NCBI GenBank assembly: GCA_026397915.1
Contig: JAPLTX010000060.1
Coordinates: 110,210-174,209 of the forward strand
From: Verrucomicrobiota bacterium
GTDB lineage: Bacteria; Verrucomicrobiota; Verrucomicrobiia; CAIQCK01
Reading direction: 5' to 3'
DNA: 64,000 nt
Shown here in pieces: positions 37,262-46,268 of this stretch (position 1 is its first letter; each line of letters opens with the position of its first letter). The notes under the pieces were generated by a model that had not been told where the DNA came from, did no database searches, and worked only from the letters and a program-made list of their open reading frames with translations. Both the position numbers and the translations under genes were made by a program.

Positions 37262-37463
37262 TGACCAGTTCCCGGCCGACGGTGGCCTCGCTGACCGGCG
37301 CAAAGGCGTCGGGAGTCTCGCCCTCGCAGTAAAGCTCGACCGCTTCCTTGAGGTTGCTCACAGCTTCCTCTTTGGTGTGGCCGAAGCTGGAGACATCCAC
37401 GTTGAGACATTGCGCCACGAAGAACTCGTCTTCCCGATACACACAGTAAGCAATCTCTTTCAC
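37254..37463 (-). CDS. hicB: HicB-family antitoxin (short, no C-terminal DNA-binding domain)
   Basis: VYREDEFFVAQC..VDVSSFGHTKEEAVSNLKEAVELY; overlaps the hicA start. Confidence 0.9.
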   Translation of the reverse strand: MKEIAYCVYREDEFFVAQCLNVDVSSFGHTKEEAVSNLKEAVELYCEGETPDAFAPVSEATVGRELVNA

Positions 37464-37556
37464 GAGGCGACCCTAACATGGCGTGTTCGCAAAGACAACC
37501 ACGCCGCTGAGTCGTTGTTGCAGGCGGGGCGGGGCGACGGCTAGAGTGCGGCTGCC

Positions 37557-40500
37557 ATGAGTTTTCATCTTCGAGCCTTTCTCGCCATCGCACTTTCCCT
37601 GCTCACACCGGCTTTGTTGGCGGCGGCCGACTGGCCGATGTGGCGCTGCGACGCGGGGCGGACGGCGGCCTCCAGCGAGACGCTGCCGCAGGAGCTGCAC
37701 TTGCAGTGGGTGCGGGAATATCCGGCGCTGAAGCCGGCGTTCTGGCAGGTGCGGCAGGAGCGGGTGCAGTTCGACCTCGGCTACGAGCCGGTGGTGATGG
37801 GGCGGACGATGTTCGTCGCGTCGTCGCGCAACGACAGTGTCACGGCGCTGGACGCGGAGACGGGCGCGGAGAAGTGGCGGTTCTACGCCGACGGCCCGGT
37901 GCGGTTCGCGCCGGTGGCCTGGGAGCGGAAGCTTTATTTTGTCTGCGACGACGGCTGTCTCTATTGCCTCGACGCGGCGGGCGGGAAGCTGCTCTGGAAG
38001 GTCCACGCCGTGCCCTCGAACCGCAAGGTGCTCGGCAACGGGCGGCTCATCTCGGTCTGGCCCGCGCGCGGCGGGCCGGTGCTCGACGGCGGGCGCGTGT
38101 TTTTCGCGGCGGGCGTCTGGCCGTTCGAGGGCATCTTTGTGCACGCGGTGGACGCGCGGACCGGCCGGTCGCTGTGGGTCAACGACAGCATGGGGTCGTT
38201 GTATCTGGTGCATCCACACAAGGCGATGTCGTTTGGCGGGCCGTCGCCGCAGGGCTATCTGCTGATGAACCGCGGGCGGCTGGTGGTGCCGAGCAGCCGT
38301 GCGTTTCCCGCGTTTCTCGATCCGGCGACGGGCAAGCTGCTGTCGTTCGACTTCGGCCACGGCCGCACGGACAGCGAGACGGGCGGATGGTTCCTGTCGA
38401 GTGACGCCGAAGGCCGGCTCTGCGTGGACCCGGCGATTGATTCGGAGATGCATGACGGCGGAATGCAGACCGTCGGGCAGATCGGGCTGCGCAGGAATCC
38501 CGGCGACAAGGTGAAAGAGACTGTCACGATCGGCAAGGAAACCTATCGCGTGATGGATGGCGTGGCGGGAGTGATCCGCGCCGGCTCGCGGGAGTTTCGG
38601 TTCCGCGACGGCTTCCCCGGTGTCGAGGGAACCATTCACACGATGCTCGCGGCGGACGGCCGGTTGTTCGTCGTGACGCGCGAGGGCCGCATTCATTGCT
38701 TCGGCGGCAAACAGGTCCAGCCCGTGCGTCACGCGGCGAAGGCGCGGCCGGCTGAGCCACGCCGGAACGATGCAGGCGCCGCCGCCCCTCACCCCGGCCC
38801 TCTCCCCGCTGACGCGGAGAGAGGGAGAATGCCTTCGTTGGGAGAACCGTCGAACCATTCGACGGGTTCGGCAACGACGGCGACAAGCTCCCCTCTCCCC
38901 CATCGGGGGAGAGGGCAGGGTGAGGGGGTGTCGGGCGGCAGGCAGGGCCAGGGTGAGGGGAGCCGACCGGAGACTGCCAAAGTATTGTTCAAGCTGAGCG
39001 GGCAGAGCGAAGGCTACGCGTTGGTGTTGGGCCTCGGCAACGGCAATCTCGCCGAAGCGCTGGCGACGCAACCGAAGCTGCGCGTCATCGCCGTGGATCG
39101 CGACGCGAAGAAGGTCGCGGTGTTCCGCCAGCGACTGGACGCGGCGGGACTTTATGGCGAGAAGATCACCGCGCACATCGGCGAGCCAGCGGCGTTCGGG
39201 TTGCCGCCTTACATGGCGAACCTGATCGTTGTCGAGGAACCCGCTGCGGCGGGAGAGAACTTCCTCGAAGCAGCCTTCGCGGCGCTGCGGCCTTACGGCG
39301 GCACGTTGTGCGTGAAGGTCGCGGAGCTGCCACGCGAGAAGGTCGTGAAGCTGGCGGGCGCGCAGTTGCGGCAGGAAGGCGGCTGGACGCTCGTGGTGCG
39401 GGCGGGGCCGTTGCCCGGCGCGGCGAACTACACCGGCCGCCCGAACTACGACGATCTCGTGCGCGCGCCGCTGGGCCTGCTGTGGTTCGGCGACACGTTC
39501 CATCATCACAAGCTCTTCTATAACGGCGTGACGGCGGAGTCGGGCCGCGGCCTACCCGCCTACGTCAAGGTCGAGGACGGCGTGGTGAGCTACATGGTCA
39601 CGGAGCCTTATGGCATGAAGCCGCCGAAGCTGAGCTATACGGACATGCTGAGGAAGTTCAACGAGCAGACGCACGCGGCGGCATTCAGCGATGTCTATAC
39701 GGGGCGGCTGCTGGAGCGCGGCCCGAAAGCTTCGCCCGCGGCCGCTTCCGCCGAGTCGCTGCCGCTCGCGCGCCGCAACCCGATCACCGGCCGCGAGGAG
39801 GCGCGAGAGTATATGAAGACCTACGGCTGCGACCTCGTCGGCGCGGACTACGGGAACTTCATCACGCTGCGCTCCGGCACGGGGGCGTTTTACGACAAGC
39901 GCAGCGAGAGTGGCACCGTCAACATCAGCGGCCTGCGCTCCGGCTGCCGCAACAACATGGTGCCGGCCTGCGGCGTCCTGAGCGTGCCGTCGTGGACCGG
40001 CAACTGCACCTGCAACTATCCGGTCTTCACCTCGCTCGCGCTGGTCTCGATGCCGGAGAGCTTCGAGCAATGGAGCGCGTGGGGCGGCGTGGCCGAGGAC
40101 GGGCCAATCCGGCGCGTCGGCATCAACTTCGGCGCGCCCGGCGACCGCATGACGCGCGACGGCACGCTCTGGCTCGATTGGCCCAGCGTGGGCGGCCCGT
40201 CGCCGGACGTGCGCGTGCAGGTCGCGCCCGCCGACGCGCAGCCGTTCTACCGGCACGCGCTCTGGATGAAGGGCGGCGAAGGCTGGCCGTGGGTGTTCGC
40301 GTCTGGCATCAAGGGCGCGCGCACCGTGCGCATCGAAACGATTGCCCGCGCGACCAACGCGCCCTCCGCGAACTTCAGCGCGCGCTGGACCGGCCAGATC
40401 GAGCCGCAGTTCAGCGAGGAATACACGTTCCACGCGCGCAGCGACGGACCGATGCACGTCTGGATAGACAACCGGCCATTGCTCGACAGCACGCTGAGGC

Positions 40501-41120
40501 CATTGCGCGACGGCCAGCGCGAGGCGTCGGCGAAGATCACGCTCGAGGCCGGCACGAAGCATGACCTGTTCGTGGATTACAAACACGCACCCGCCACCAA
40601 CTCCGCACCGTCTGCGTTTGCTGAGTTGAGTTGGAGCAGTCCGTCGGTGCCGAAGACCGTCATTCCGCCGGAGCGACTCCTGGCGCCCGACGGTCGTCGC
40701 GGCGGTCTGGCGGGCGTCTATTACAAAGCCGAGCGATCGTCCGGCGCTTACAGCAACGAGCGGACGAGCACCCCCGCGCTGTTCCAGCGCGACACGCAGG
40801 TCCGTTTCGAATGGGGCAGCGAACTGCCGGTGATTCTCAAGCCCCGCCCGCCGGTTCAACCGGCTGAGCGTGCCTACACGGTGCGGCTGATGTTCGCCGA
40901 GCCGGAGGAAATTCGCGCAGGCCAGCGCGTCTTCGACGTGAAGCTCCAGGGCCGCGAAGTTCTCCCGTCGCTCGACATCGTCAAGCAAGCCGGCGGCAGC
41001 AATCGCGGCATCGTCCGCGAGTTCCGCGGCGTGAAGGCCACCGACGCGTTGGAGATCGAGCTTGTCCCGCGCAGCGCCAAACCGCCGCTCATCTGCGGCG
41101 TCGAATTGATCGCCGAGTAG
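37557..41120 (+). CDS. Giant exported protein: PQQ-like propeller + SAM-methyltransferase-like domain + Cys motif + malectin-like domain with nested PA14
   Basis: Paralogue of 29902-33927 (ADWPMWR, GNGRLISVWPARGGP, VLGLGNG..AVDRD..LRPYGG, YGC..SGC..CTC, YTVRLMFAEP..RVFDV). PA14-like FSARWTGQIEP..YTF..SDG..VWID. Confidence 0.88.
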   Translation: MSFHLRAFLAIALSLLTPALLAAADWPMWRCDAGRTAASSETLPQELHLQWVREYPALKPAFWQVRQERVQFDLGYEPVVMGRTMFVASSRNDSVTALDAETGAEKWRFYADGPVRFAPVAWERKLYFVCDDGCLYCLDAAGGKLLWKVHAVPSNRKVLGNGRLISVWPARGGPVLDGGRVFFAAGVWPFEGIFVHAVDARTGRSLWVNDSMGSLYLVHPHKAMSFGGPSPQGYLLMNRGRLVVPSSRAFPAFLDPATGKLLSFDFGHGRTDSETGGWFLSSDAEGRLCVDPAIDSEMHDGGMQTVGQIGLRRNPGDKVKETVTIGKETYRVMDGVAGVIRAGSREFRFRDGFPGVEGTIHTMLAADGRLFVVTREGRIHCFGGKQVQPVRHAAKARPAEPRRNDAGAAAPHPGPLPADAERGRMPSLGEPSNHSTGSATTATSSPLPHRGRGQGEGVSGGRQGQGEGSRPETAKVLFKLSGQSEGYALVLGLGNGNLAEALATQPKLRVIAVDRDAKKVAVFRQRLDAAGLYGEKITAHIGEPAAFGLPPYMANLIVVEEPAAAGENFLEAAFAALRPYGGTLCVKVAELPREKVVKLAGAQLRQEGGWTLVVRAGPLPGAANYTGRPNYDDLVRAPLGLLWFGDTFHHHKLFYNGVTAESGRGLPAYVKVEDGVVSYMVTEPYGMKPPKLSYTDMLRKFNEQTHAAAFSDVYTGRLLERGPKASPAAASAESLPLARRNPITGREEAREYMKTYGCDLVGADYGNFITLRSGTGAFYDKRSESGTVNISGLRSGCRNNMVPACGVLSVPSWTGNCTCNYPVFTSLALVSMPESFEQWSAWGGVAEDGPIRRVGINFGAPGDRMTRDGTLWLDWPSVGGPSPDVRVQVAPADAQPFYRHALWMKGGEGWPWVFASGIKGARTVRIETIARATNAPSANFSARWTGQIEPQFSEEYTFHARSDGPMHVWIDNRPLLDSTLRPLRDGQREASAKITLEAGTKHDLFVDYKHAPATNSAPSAFAELSWSSPSVPKTVIPPERLLAPDGRRGGLAGVYYKAERSSGAYSNERTSTPALFQRDTQVRFEWGSELPVILKPRPPVQPAERAYTVRLMFAEPEEIRAGQRVFDVKLQGREVLPSLDIVKQAGGSNRGIVREFRGVKATDALEIELVPRSAKPPLICGVELIAE
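38785..38960. repeat. CCCCTCACCC...GGGTGAGGGG element, copy 2, in frame inside the CDS
   Basis: CCCCTCACCCCGGCCCTCTCCC (38785) ... GGGAGAGGGCAGGGTGAGGGG (to 38927), plus an extra right-arm fragment to 38960. The ORF stays open. Confidence 0.85.
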
Positions 41121-41169
41121 CCGTGTCGCTTTCTCGTCTGGCCAACGAAACAGTTATCTTCGGAGGGCT

Positions 41170-41310
41170 CCCCTCACCCTGGCCCTCTCCCCTCGCAAGC
41201 GAGGGGAGAGGGACGCCTGTCGCCGTCATGCACAGCAGATGGTTCGCCCGCTCGTGCGCAAGGAGTTTTTCCTCTCCCCGCGATAGTGGGGAGAGGGTCG
41301 GGGTGAGGGG
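41170..41310. repeat. CCCCTCACCC...GGGTGAGGGG element, copy 3 (intergenic)
   Basis: CCCCTCACCCTGGCCCTCTCCC ... GGGAGAGGGTCGGGGTGAGGGG, followed by CCGCGGC as in copy 1. Confidence 0.85.
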
Positions 41311-41351
41311 CCGCGGCAATTGAATCGTTTCGGGTTGGCAGGAATACCGTT

Positions 41352-41388
41352 GATTTGCTCTTGCCTTGGCCGGCCCGATGGCGACTAT
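41352..41388 (+). promoter_or_regulatory. Promoter-like motif, copy 2
   Basis: GATTTGCTCTTGCCTTG-N11-GGCGACTAT, 17 nt upstream of the GH106-like ATG. Confidence 0.6.
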
Positions 41389-41405
41389 GTCGGCGAGGCC
41401 TCAAT

Positions 41406-44400
41406 ATGAAAACTTCTGCATCTCTTCTCCTGCGCGCAACCGCCCTCTTCCTGCTCGCGTCCACGCTCCAAGCCGGAGCCGTGGACTCCACCGATGCGCG
41501 CAAACTCTTTGCCAAGCCGACGCGCGACTGCGCCAACGCGCCGCTCTGGGTCTGGAACGACATGATGACCGAGCGGGAGGTCGTCGAGACGATGCGCGAC
41601 CTCGCCGGCCAGCAGGTCAAGCAAGTCTTCGTCCATCCGCGGCCGGGCCTGATGACGCCGTATCTGTCGCCGGAATGGTTCCGGCTCTGGAAGGTCGCGC
41701 TGCGCGAGGCCGAGCGGCTCGACATGAACTGCTGGATTTACGACGAGAACTCCTATCCGTCGGGCTTTGCCGGCGGCTGGGTGCCGGAGTTGATGCCGGA
41801 ATCGCGCGGTCGCGGCCTGCACCTGCGCGAACACAAGCAACCGCCGCGGTGGAGCGACGATTACTTCGCGGTGTTCCAGTTGGCCAGCGACAAGGCCGTG
41901 AACGTGACCGCGAAGGCGCGCGCGGGCACGCTGCCGAAAGGGCGCTACCTCACCGCGGAGATCAAACGCGCGGAACCGCGGCCGTGGCACGGCGGGCGGA
42001 CTTACGTGGACCTGCTCTATCCCGGCGTCACCGAGAAGTTCCTCAACGTCACGCTCGAAGCGTATCGGCGCGAGATCGGCAGCCAGTTCGGCAAGCGCGT
42101 GCCCGGCTCGTTCACCGACGAACCGGAGATCCGGCCCGCCGGCGGGTTGCCGTGGACGGAGGATCTGCCGCAGCAGTTCCAGAAACGCTGGGGCTACGGG
42201 CTGATGGAAAACCTCGCCAGCCTCAGCCAGCCGGTCGGCGATTGGAAGAAGGTGCGGCACGATTTCTTCGCGACACTGCTCAGCCTCTTCATCGAGCGAT
42301 GGGCCAAGCCGTATTACGAGTATTGCGCGAAGAACGAGTTGGAGTTCACCGGCCACTACTGGGAGCACGACTGGCCGCGTTGCATCGGCGTGACCGACAA
42401 CATGGCAATGGCGGCGTGGCAGCAGCGGCCGGGCATAGACATCCTCATGAACCAGTATCGCGAGGACACGCACGCGCAGTTTGGCAACGTCCGCGCCTGC
42501 CGTGAGCTGTCCAGCATCGCCAACCAGCTCGGTCGCAAGCGCACGCTCGTGGAACTCTACGGCGCCGGCGGCTGGGATCTGCGGTTCGAGGACATGAAAC
42601 GCATCGGCGATTGGCTGGAGGTGCTTGGCGTCAACACGCTCGACGAGCATCTCTCCTACGCCACGCTCCGCGGCGCGCGCAAACGCGACCATCCGCAGTC
42701 GTTCTCGTATCACGAGCCGTGGTGGTCGGCGTATCACGTCTCGGCCGGCTACTTCGCGCGGCTGACAGCGGCGCTCACGCAGGGCGAGCAGATCAACCGC
42801 GTGCTGATCATCGAGCCGACAACCACCGCGTGGATGAACCAGAACGATGAAGCGCGGTTGAAGGACCTCGGCGACGCGTTCTTCAACCTGCTGATGCCGC
42901 TCGAAGCCGCGCAGGTGGAATACGACATCGGCTGCGAAGACGTGCTCGCCAACCACGGCTCCGTCAGCGGCGCGACGTTGCGCGTCGGCAAGCGGGACTA
43001 CACGACGGTCGTGCTGCCGCCGCTTGCCGAGAACCTCGACAGCAAGACCGTGGCGCTGCTCGACAACTACATGAAAGCCGGCGGCACAATCCTCTGCGCC
43101 GGTGAGCCGCCCGCCCGCGTGGACGGCGTGGTGTCGCCACGTGGCGCGGAGCTTGCGCGAAACGCGAAGTGGAAGAAGATCGAGCCAGCCGCACTACCGG
43201 AACTGCTGCGGAAGGCGACGGCCACTGACGGATTCGCCATCGGTCGCGCTGACGGCGACAAAGGCATCCTGTTCCACCACCGCCGCCAGTTCGACGACGG
43301 CGAGTTGCTCTTCCTCGTCAACACGAGCATCGAGTCGCCGTCGGCCGGCGTGATTGAGTCGCGCGCTCGCGGCGTCGAGCAATGGGACCTGCGCACCGGC
43401 AAGAGCGCGGCATATCACTTCGAGCCTCGTGACAATGGCGTTCGCGCGATATTCGCGCTGCCACCGTCGGGCAGCTTGCTGCTGTTCCTCTCAAAGAAAG
43501 CCTGCGCGCCCGCGCCGGTCGTTGAGGAGAAGGTCAAGCACATCGCCGCCGCCGGCCCGCCGCAAATCCGGCGCGTCGAGCCGAACGTGTTGACGCTCGA
43601 TGTCGTGGACATCACCGCCGGCGGCGAGACGCGAGCGGACGTCTATTTCTATCAGGCACAGCAGTTCGCGTTTCAGAAGAACGGCATGGACCGCAACCCG
43701 TGGGACAGCGCCGTGCAGTTCAAGGACGAGATCATCACGAAGAAGTTCCCGAAGGAGAGCGGCTTCGAGGCGAGCTACCGCTTCATCGTTGACGGCGCGG
43801 TGCCGAAGAACCTTGCCATCGTCATCGAGCGGCCCGACCTCTACGCCGTCACCTGCAACGGCCAGCCAGTGCGCGCGGCGAAAGGCGCGTGGTGGCTCGA
43901 CAAGGCGTTCGGGCGCATCTCCATCGCCCCGGCGGCGCGCGTCGGCGAGAACGTCGTCACCATCAAAGCATCGCCAATGACGATCTTCCACGAACTGGAG
44001 CCGGCCTACGTGCTCGGCGACTTCTCGCTCAAGCCGACAGCGAGAGGTTTCAACATTGCGCCGCCGCAGCCGCTGAGGCTCGGCCGCTGGAATGAACAAG
44101 GCGCGCCGTTCTTCAGCGCGGGTGTGGCGTATCGGCAGACGTTCAACGTGGCGTCGCCCGCCGGCCGCTACGCCGTGACGTTGCCGTCGTGGTATGGCAG
44201 CGTCGCGAAGGTGCTCGTCAACGGCAAGCTCGCCGGCCATATCGCCAGCCCGCCGTGGCGCTGCGACGTGAGCGGCAAGCTTAAGCGCGGCGCGAACTCC
44301 GTCGAGGTCATCGTCATCGGCACGCTCAAAAACACGCTCGGCCCGCATCACGGCAAACAGCCGCTCGGCAGCGCGTGGCCGCGGATGTTCCAGATCGGGC

Positions 44401-44489
44401 CGAAGACCTGCCCTGCGCCCGGCGCTGACTACGACACCGTCGGCTACGGCTTGTTTGCGCCGTTCGTCTTGGAGCAGGTGACACCATGA
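41406..44489 (+). CDS. Secreted GH106-like (alpha-L-rhamnosidase-like) glycoside hydrolase
   Basis: PLWVWN, VFVHPRPGLMTPYLS.EW, WIYDENSYPSGFAGG, FTDEP, ELYGAGGW, DYPQ-like DHPQSF; C-terminal GH2-type sugar-binding module. Confidence 0.85.
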   Translation: MKTSASLLLRATALFLLASTLQAGAVDSTDARKLFAKPTRDCANAPLWVWNDMMTEREVVETMRDLAGQQVKQVFVHPRPGLMTPYLSPEWFRLWKVALREAERLDMNCWIYDENSYPSGFAGGWVPELMPESRGRGLHLREHKQPPRWSDDYFAVFQLASDKAVNVTAKARAGTLPKGRYLTAEIKRAEPRPWHGGRTYVDLLYPGVTEKFLNVTLEAYRREIGSQFGKRVPGSFTDEPEIRPAGGLPWTEDLPQQFQKRWGYGLMENLASLSQPVGDWKKVRHDFFATLLSLFIERWAKPYYEYCAKNELEFTGHYWEHDWPRCIGVTDNMAMAAWQQRPGIDILMNQYREDTHAQFGNVRACRELSSIANQLGRKRTLVELYGAGGWDLRFEDMKRIGDWLEVLGVNTLDEHLSYATLRGARKRDHPQSFSYHEPWWSAYHVSAGYFARLTAALTQGEQINRVLIIEPTTTAWMNQNDEARLKDLGDAFFNLLMPLEAAQVEYDIGCEDVLANHGSVSGATLRVGKRDYTTVVLPPLAENLDSKTVALLDNYMKAGGTILCAGEPPARVDGVVSPRGAELARNAKWKKIEPAALPELLRKATATDGFAIGRADGDKGILFHHRRQFDDGELLFLVNTSIESPSAGVIESRARGVEQWDLRTGKSAAYHFEPRDNGVRAIFALPPSGSLLLFLSKKACAPAPVVEEKVKHIAAAGPPQIRRVEPNVLTLDVVDITAGGETRADVYFYQAQQFAFQKNGMDRNPWDSAVQFKDEIITKKFPKESGFEASYRFIVDGAVPKNLAIVIERPDLYAVTCNGQPVRAAKGAWWLDKAFGRISIAPAARVGENVVTIKASPMTIFHELEPAYVLGDFSLKPTARGFNIAPPQPLRLGRWNEQGAPFFSAGVAYRQTFNVASPAGRYAVTLPSWYGSVAKVLVNGKLAGHIASPPWRCDVSGKLKRGANSVEVIVIGTLKNTLGPHHGKQPLGSAWPRMFQIGPKTCPAPGADYDTVGYGLFAPFVLEQVTP

Positions 44490-46159
44490 AGCATGTGCTT
44501 GCGCTGCTGTTGGCGTGTTCTCTGAACGCTGTCGCGTCGGAAGACTGGGACGAGTGCTATCGCGGCTCAGTGCTGCCGGAGTCGGGCGAATGGCCTTGGG
44601 CCGTATCGGCAGGCTCGAACACGACGGCGGTCGTTGAGGGTGATTGCGTCCGCATCACCGACCGTGGCACTGCGAAGGGCCAGCTTCGGTTCTACAACCG
44701 CCAATGGCACGCGGACTCTTCGCTGGGCGGCGTGGTCGAGGCGCGGCTGAAAGTTTGCTCGTGCAGCGCGCAGGCGGGCGTGATCGTGATGATCGCCGAC
44801 GGTGCGAACGAAACCTCGCTGACGTTTTATCCCGACCGCGTCGAGTTCGGCCACGGCGGTCGCAGTCACACGATGAACACCGCCGCCGCGTTTCACACGT
44901 ATCGGTTGGAACTACGCGGCACACGCGTAAGCTTGTCAGTGGACGGTCGGCAGGTCGTTGACGAAGCGACAGGACTGACAAAGCCGGCCCACCAAGGTCG
45001 CAACTGTGTCGGTTTCGGTTCCTTGTCCAGCGCGGCGACGGGTGAGGCGTTGTGGGAGTTCGTCCGCCATCGCACGCACACGCCGGCGGCGCGACTTGCG
45101 GAAGGCGTCGAGCACATCGTCGTCTATAAGAAGCCCGACGTTTACGCGTGCTTCCCCGGCCTGATGCGGATGCCTGACAGCGCGCTCTTTACCAGCTTCG
45201 GCACGCGCGTGCGGCGCTCGCACATTGACGGCACGGGCGGCGGCGCGGCCTACACCTCGCACGACGGCGGGCGCACGTGGCAGCCGGTGGCGAAGGGCGT
45301 GACGCAACCGCTTTTCCTGCGACGCGACGGCGGCATGACCTACGCGACGGCCTACGGCTGGCGCGAGGTGCCGTCGGAACGCGCGGGGGAGTTTCGCTCG
45401 CAGGGCCTGACCGTGCGTGATGTGCGGCCCGGCGTCGTGGCGTATCTGAGTGGCGCTTACAGTTTTCTGCGACACGGTAACGAGGAGAAAGGCAAGCGCA
45501 CGCCCGTCGCCACGCCGGAGGGCCTCTCGCTGATGAACTACAACTCCGCCGCGTTGTGCGTGACGCGCGCGGGCGTGAGGCTGAATGCCATCTACGGCCG
45601 CCACAAAGACGGCGGTCGCTCGACGAGCTTCGTGCTTCGCTCCGACGACGATGGCGAGACGTGGGAACTGGTGACCATCGCCAAGCCTGTGACCGACGCG
45701 AAGGATGGCGAGATCGGCTTCGACGAAACCGCGGTTGCCGAACTGCCCGACGGGCGCGTCATCGCGATGATGCGGCCTGACCCGGATCGGCACGGCTATC
45801 TCTATCAATCCGTCTCCGACGATGGCGGCAAGACGTGGGGCCGGCCGGTGAAGACGCCGATGTGGGGTTATCCCGCGCAACTGCTCGCGCTGCGCGACGG
45901 CCGCGTGGTGTGCAGCTACGGCTACCGACGCGCGCCGATGGGCATCCGCGCCTGTCTCAGCCGCGACGGCGGCGGGACGTGGGACATCGCGCGCGAGTTT
46001 GTGCTGCGCGCAGACGGCAAACGCAGCGGCTCCGATCTCGGCTACCCGCTCACGACGGAGTTAGAGGATGGCACGCTGCTGACCATCTACTACTTCACCT
46101 GCGGCGACGGCATCACGCATATCGCGGCGACGCGGTGGAAGGCGCCGAAGCAAGACTGA
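44486..46159 (+). CDS. Secreted BNR/Asp-box (sialidase-fold) protein with N-terminal lectin-like domain
   Basis: Asp-boxes SHDGGRTW, SDDDGETW, SDDGGKTW, SRDGGGTW; YACFP; FDETAV; DLGYP. Confidence 0.82.
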   Translation: MKHVLALLLACSLNAVASEDWDECYRGSVLPESGEWPWAVSAGSNTTAVVEGDCVRITDRGTAKGQLRFYNRQWHADSSLGGVVEARLKVCSCSAQAGVIVMIADGANETSLTFYPDRVEFGHGGRSHTMNTAAAFHTYRLELRGTRVSLSVDGRQVVDEATGLTKPAHQGRNCVGFGSLSSAATGEALWEFVRHRTHTPAARLAEGVEHIVVYKKPDVYACFPGLMRMPDSALFTSFGTRVRRSHIDGTGGGAAYTSHDGGRTWQPVAKGVTQPLFLRRDGGMTYATAYGWREVPSERAGEFRSQGLTVRDVRPGVVAYLSGAYSFLRHGNEEKGKRTPVATPEGLSLMNYNSAALCVTRAGVRLNAIYGRHKDGGRSTSFVLRSDDDGETWELVTIAKPVTDAKDGEIGFDETAVAELPDGRVIAMMRPDPDRHGYLYQSVSDDGGKTWGRPVKTPMWGYPAQLLALRDGRVVCSYGYRRAPMGIRACLSRDGGGTWDIAREFVLRADGKRSGSDLGYPLTTELEDGTLLTIYYFTCGDGITHIAATRWKAPKQD

Positions 46160-46268
46160 GTTCGCTTAATGTTTCCTGTTCTTGCCGCGGGATGAGCTTT
46201 GCGGGATACTGGTGGCGTCGGTGACGCTGAACGAATCTGTTGTTTCCAAACATCATCAGGAGGTGCCC

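Noticed and set aside
6142-42956. Long antisense or alternate-frame ORFs (e.g. 6142-7794, 13160-15319, 18935-20326, 31192-33861, 37473-39509, 41385-42956)
   Set aside because: They shadow well-supported genes, are Arg/Ala/Gly-rich with no motifs, and are expected at high GC3.
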